Virus record (IMG/VR): IMGVR_UViG_3300020219_000012
Span: 1-64,000 of that record
Source of the DNA: a virus
Strand: one strand, 5' to 3'
Length of the DNA stretch: 64,000 nt
Shown in pieces: positions 61,363 through 64,000 of this stretch; the stretch's first letter is position 1, and each line of letters begins with the position of its first letter. A program made the position numbers and the translations under genes. Below the pieces are notes generated by a model. That model searched no databases, was not told the origin of the DNA, and saw only the letters and a program-made list of their open reading frames with translations.

Positions 61363-61424
61363 CTCTGGCCTGGGCGCAGGGCGGAATCTCCCGCTTCTGC
61401 CATGAACTCTAGAAGGAGATCCCC

Positions 61425-61823
61425 ATGGCCCGCACGAAGCTCTCGATCAAAGAAACCCGCAATCTCACCAAGCTCAACCGCGCGATCTCCGTCGCCTCCA
61501 AGCTGGAGGACGCCGACGACTACTTCGACGCGATTGAGACCACGGTCTACTCGGCGGCCGGCGCGATCGCCGTCACCGATGGACTGTCCGTCCTCACGGC
61601 CACCGGCGTCGCCCAGGCGATGACCCTGGCCGACGGCACCGTGGTTGGTCAGCAGATGGCCCTCATCATGCGCAGCACGACCACCGGCGGCAGCATGGTC
61701 GTCACTGGCACCTTCACGGGTGGCACGACCCTGACCTTCGATGCGGTTAGCGAGCGCGCCAAGCTCATCTGGGTCGGCGCGGCCTGGACGCCGGTCCCCG
61801 GCTACAGCGCAACGCTTGCCTAG
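61425..61823 (+). CDS. Putative virion (decoration/fibre-like) protein
   Basis: AAGGAG RBS; TLADGTVVGQ..LIWVGAAW beta domain. Confidence 0.6.
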   Translation: MARTKLSIKETRNLTKLNRAISVASKLEDADDYFDAIETTVYSAAGAIAVTDGLSVLTATGVAQAMTLADGTVVGQQMALIMRSTTTGGSMVVTGTFTGGTTLTFDAVSERAKLIWVGAAWTPVPGYSATLA

Positions 61824-61906
61824 CAAGTAGCTTGCCTGCCATGTGCAGGTGGAGTATCGGGGTCCGTCATCGCAAGGTGGCGGGCCCTAGCCCTTTCTGC
61901 ATTGTC

Positions 61907-61917
61907 CTTATGCCAGC
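61907..61917 (-). promoter_or_regulatory. GCTGGCATAAG motif copy 5
   Basis: Exact 11-mer, intergenic. Confidence 0.55.
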
Positions 61918-61948
61918 GGCGTCGACGACGACGTGACAGAATCCGACT

Positions 61949-62545
61949 ATGTCAACTCTCGACCGCTACGCCGTCCTCAGCCTGCAGGTCAAGGACAGGT
62001 ATCCGCGATTCTCCGTGGTCGAGCGGGATAAGTCCTGGCTCCGCCCCATCTTCTGGCTGCTCCAGAAGATCACCCGGCAGGACTACTCCGGCTTCACCAC
62101 CACCATCTTCTCCACCATGTACGTCGGATCGGACTGGGCCACCAGCTCGACCACGTCACGCTACCGGCTGCTTCGTCACGAGATGCAGCACATCAAGCAG
62201 TTCCACAACTGGCCCCTGGGCAGGCGGGCCTGGCCGGTAAACCACCTCCTGATGTCGCTGGTCTACCTGCTCCTGCTTCCGGTGATCTGGACTCTGCGGG
62301 CCAAGTTCGAGCGAGAGGGCTACACCCAGACCCTGCTGGTCGAGTACGAGCTCACCGGCCCCATTGCGGATACCCGGATGGAGGAGAACGCCCGCTGGCT
62401 GGCAGAGACGTTCGGAGGCTCCGCGTACCTGTACATGTGGAGGAAGAAGGCTGCTTACGCCTGGGCGATGGAAACCCAGCGCAAGATCAACGCGGGGGAG
62501 ATTCGGAACCAGCAGGATCGGGTAGAGGTACCCCGAGCTGCATAG
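61949..62545 (+). CDS. Membrane HExxH metallopeptidase-like protein
   Basis: LLRHEMQHIKQ, TM LLMSLVYLLLLPVIW, FEREGY. Confidence 0.65.
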   Translation: MSTLDRYAVLSLQVKDRYPRFSVVERDKSWLRPIFWLLQKITRQDYSGFTTTIFSTMYVGSDWATSSTTSRYRLLRHEMQHIKQFHNWPLGRRAWPVNHLLMSLVYLLLLPVIWTLRAKFEREGYTQTLLVEYELTGPIADTRMEENARWLAETFGGSAYLYMWRKKAAYAWAMETQRKINAGEIRNQQDRVEVPRAA

Positions 62546-62936
62546 CCAGGTCGCGTAACATCATGAACCGCTCGGCCACCCAGTCCGGGGAGGCTTCCCC
62601 GATAGCCGGGATACACAGCATGGTCCTGATCGTGGCCAGGCACCTCCTGGACAGATCCTTGAATCTCTCGGCATCGTGTCTGGCCTGCCACAGCGGAGAC
62701 CAATCGCCCATGGCGATATAACGGCGACCGACCTCCATCGCCAACTCGCCACAGGGATCCTTCTCGGTCGCCATCTTGGTGAGGATGTCCAGGTAGCGCG
62801 TGGAGACCTCGAAGGACAAGGTCGCGGCAGCCTCCCGCTGGCGACGAAGTGCGGCTTGAAGAGCGTGGCAGCAGTCAATGAGCGCCGGGTGGCGTACGCC
62901 ATCCTCGAGAGTCAGGCCGCAGCTACAGCTGATCAC
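62487..62936 (-). CDS. Hypothetical protein
   Basis: GTGA-coupled start VISCSCG. Confidence 0.5.
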   Translation of the reverse strand: MISCSCGLTLEDGVRHPALIDCCHALQAALRRQREAAATLSFEVSTRYLDILTKMATEKDPCGELAMEVGRRYIAMGDWSPLWQARHDAERFKDLSRRCLATIRTMLCIPAIGEASPDWVAERFMMLRDLAMQLGVPLPDPAGSESPPR

Positions 62937-63154
62937 GGGAGTACCGGGACCGGCCGTAGGTTCTTGTCGAAGCCGACTTGCCCCAGCATGGACTCCATGC
63001 TGCGGCAGGCGCCGCGGGAGCAGTCTCGCCAGTTGGCCGGGGACGTCTCCCCGGCCACGTCTTGGTGATGGGCCTGGTGGACTGTCTGGGCAATCCAGCA
63101 CATGTTCTTGGCGGCCAATCGCAGCAAGTGCGACGAGCCCTTCTCTTCTGGCAT
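62933..63154 (-). CDS. Small His/Cys protein
   Basis: AAGGA RBS; HQAHH..C..C. Confidence 0.5.
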   Translation of the reverse strand: MPEEKGSSHLLRLAAKNMCWIAQTVHQAHHQDVAGETSPANWRDCSRGACRSMESMLGQVGFDKNLRPVPVLP

Positions 63155-63162
63155 GGGGTCCT

Positions 63163-63375
63163 TTAATTTGTGCGACGGTGGAAGATCCGATAGACGCTCT
63201 CGCCCAGGCGCCGGCACTCCACCTGACTGGAGACGTACAGGCCCTCCAGAACCATCCGAACCTGGTCCGCAGCAAGGCCTGTAGCTTGCGCCACGGCCGC
63301 CGCCGTCACACCATTGGCGTGATTGCGGAGGGCGCCTAGCACCTGGTTCTGAATTGACACATTCGACACGGTCAC
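63163..63375 (-). CDS. Winged-HTH protein
   Basis: VLGALR..GVTAAAVAQATGL..V..L..L..V..YRI. Confidence 0.65.
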   Translation of the reverse strand: MTVSNVSIQNQVLGALRNHANGVTAAAVAQATGLAADQVRMVLEGLYVSSQVECRRLGESVYRIFHRRTN

Positions 63376-64000
63376 GTGTTTTCCCCTGTCGGCACCCCAG
63401 CAGTCAAGGTACCTGTCGCTGAACTGACATCGAGCAGACGGCTTCTCGCCAAGTCGACGGCGACGGGAGACAGGTCGTTGCCGGCGAAGGTGCGTCCATT
63501 CCGGAGGGCGGCCACGCCGCACGAGCCTGACCCCATGAAGGGGTCGCAGACCAGCTCACCCGGAGCCGAACTCTGCTTGATCAGCACCTCATTGACCGCT
63601 ACCGGCTTCTCGGTCGGATAGCCGTTGCGAACGCGGGGCACCTTGATGACGTCGGCCACGCCGAGGTTGTTAAGTCTTCGCTTGCCCTTCTCGAAGAACA
63701 AGATGAGCTCGTATCGGCACCGGTAGTGGTAGCCCATCCCAATCCCCATCTTGTCCCACACGATCGGCTTCCAGAACTTGAAGCCCACCGCCTCGGCCAA
63801 CGGCTTGGCGACGAACATCGTTTCCTGATCACAGAACATGTAGAAGTGGGCGTTCTTCTGGAGGGCCGCGTAGACCAACACGAATAGCTCGGTGAACCGG
63901 GAATTCGGGAAGATCTCGAACCAGTCATTGCTCGATGACTTGCTGTGCTTGAGGCGGGTCGTGGTCCCCCGCTTGCGGTGCTTCTCCAGCGACTCATAGG
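63372..64000 (-). CDS. DNA N6-adenine/N4-cytosine methyltransferase (beta class), 5'-truncated
   Basis: Frame open to window end (..PYESLEKHR); IVWDK, YPTEKP, DPFMGSGS SAM-binding motif. Confidence 0.88.
   Translation of the reverse strand, partial: YESLEKHRKRGTTTRLKHSKSSSNDWFEIFPNSRFTELFVLVYAALQKNAHFYMFCDQETMFVAKPLAEAVGFKFWKPIVWDKMGIGMGYHYRCRYELILFFEKGKRRLNNLGVADVIKVPRVRNGYPTEKPVAVNEVLIKQSSAPGELVCDPFMGSGSCGVAALRNGRTFAGNDLSPVAVDLARSRLLDVSSATGTLTAGVPTGENT

Noticed and set aside
1-64000. tRNA genes, introns, inteins or alternative genetic code
   Set aside because: None recognised by eye; long genes are intact in code 11 with all three stops used; tRNAscan/Infernal not run

Overview
GC-rich fragment of a large tailed (contractile-tail, myovirus-like) bacteriophage genome. 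No host housekeeping operons, rRNA, tRNA or CRISPR array were seen. From 1 to ~48,080 the + strand carries the virion module: portal, holin/spanin-like trio, a 2066-aa single-chain beta-beta' multisubunit-type RNA polymerase, baseplate spike, GpA-type terminase, tail/fibre proteins, prohead protease, scaffolds, major capsid, neck, sheath and tube. Small minus-strand islands, one carrying SSB, interrupt it. From ~48,080 to 64,000 the - strand carries replication/recombination and regulatory genes: 3'-5' exonuclease, resolvase-like nuclease, second SSB, stand-alone sigma region-4 protein, DnaN-like clamp, Cas4/RecB-like nuclease plus Sak4-like ATPase, Tmk and a DNA methyltransferase. Three signals stand out. 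(1) About 20 unrelated head-region proteins share K-x-A sites, and 8-9 carry an F-x-x-E-L-x-K-x-A leader in front of Gly/Ala/Lys-rich or membrane-like cargo, a candidate capsid-addressing and protease-maturation code. (2) The fused RNAP lacks the beta' N-terminal zinc finger and has a divergent rifampicin pocket. (3) A repeated 11-mer GCTGGCATAAG precedes minus-strand early/replication units and is a candidate promoter for this RNAP; sigma70-like and leaderless promoters also occur. All family assignments come from motifs read by eye, not from database searches.
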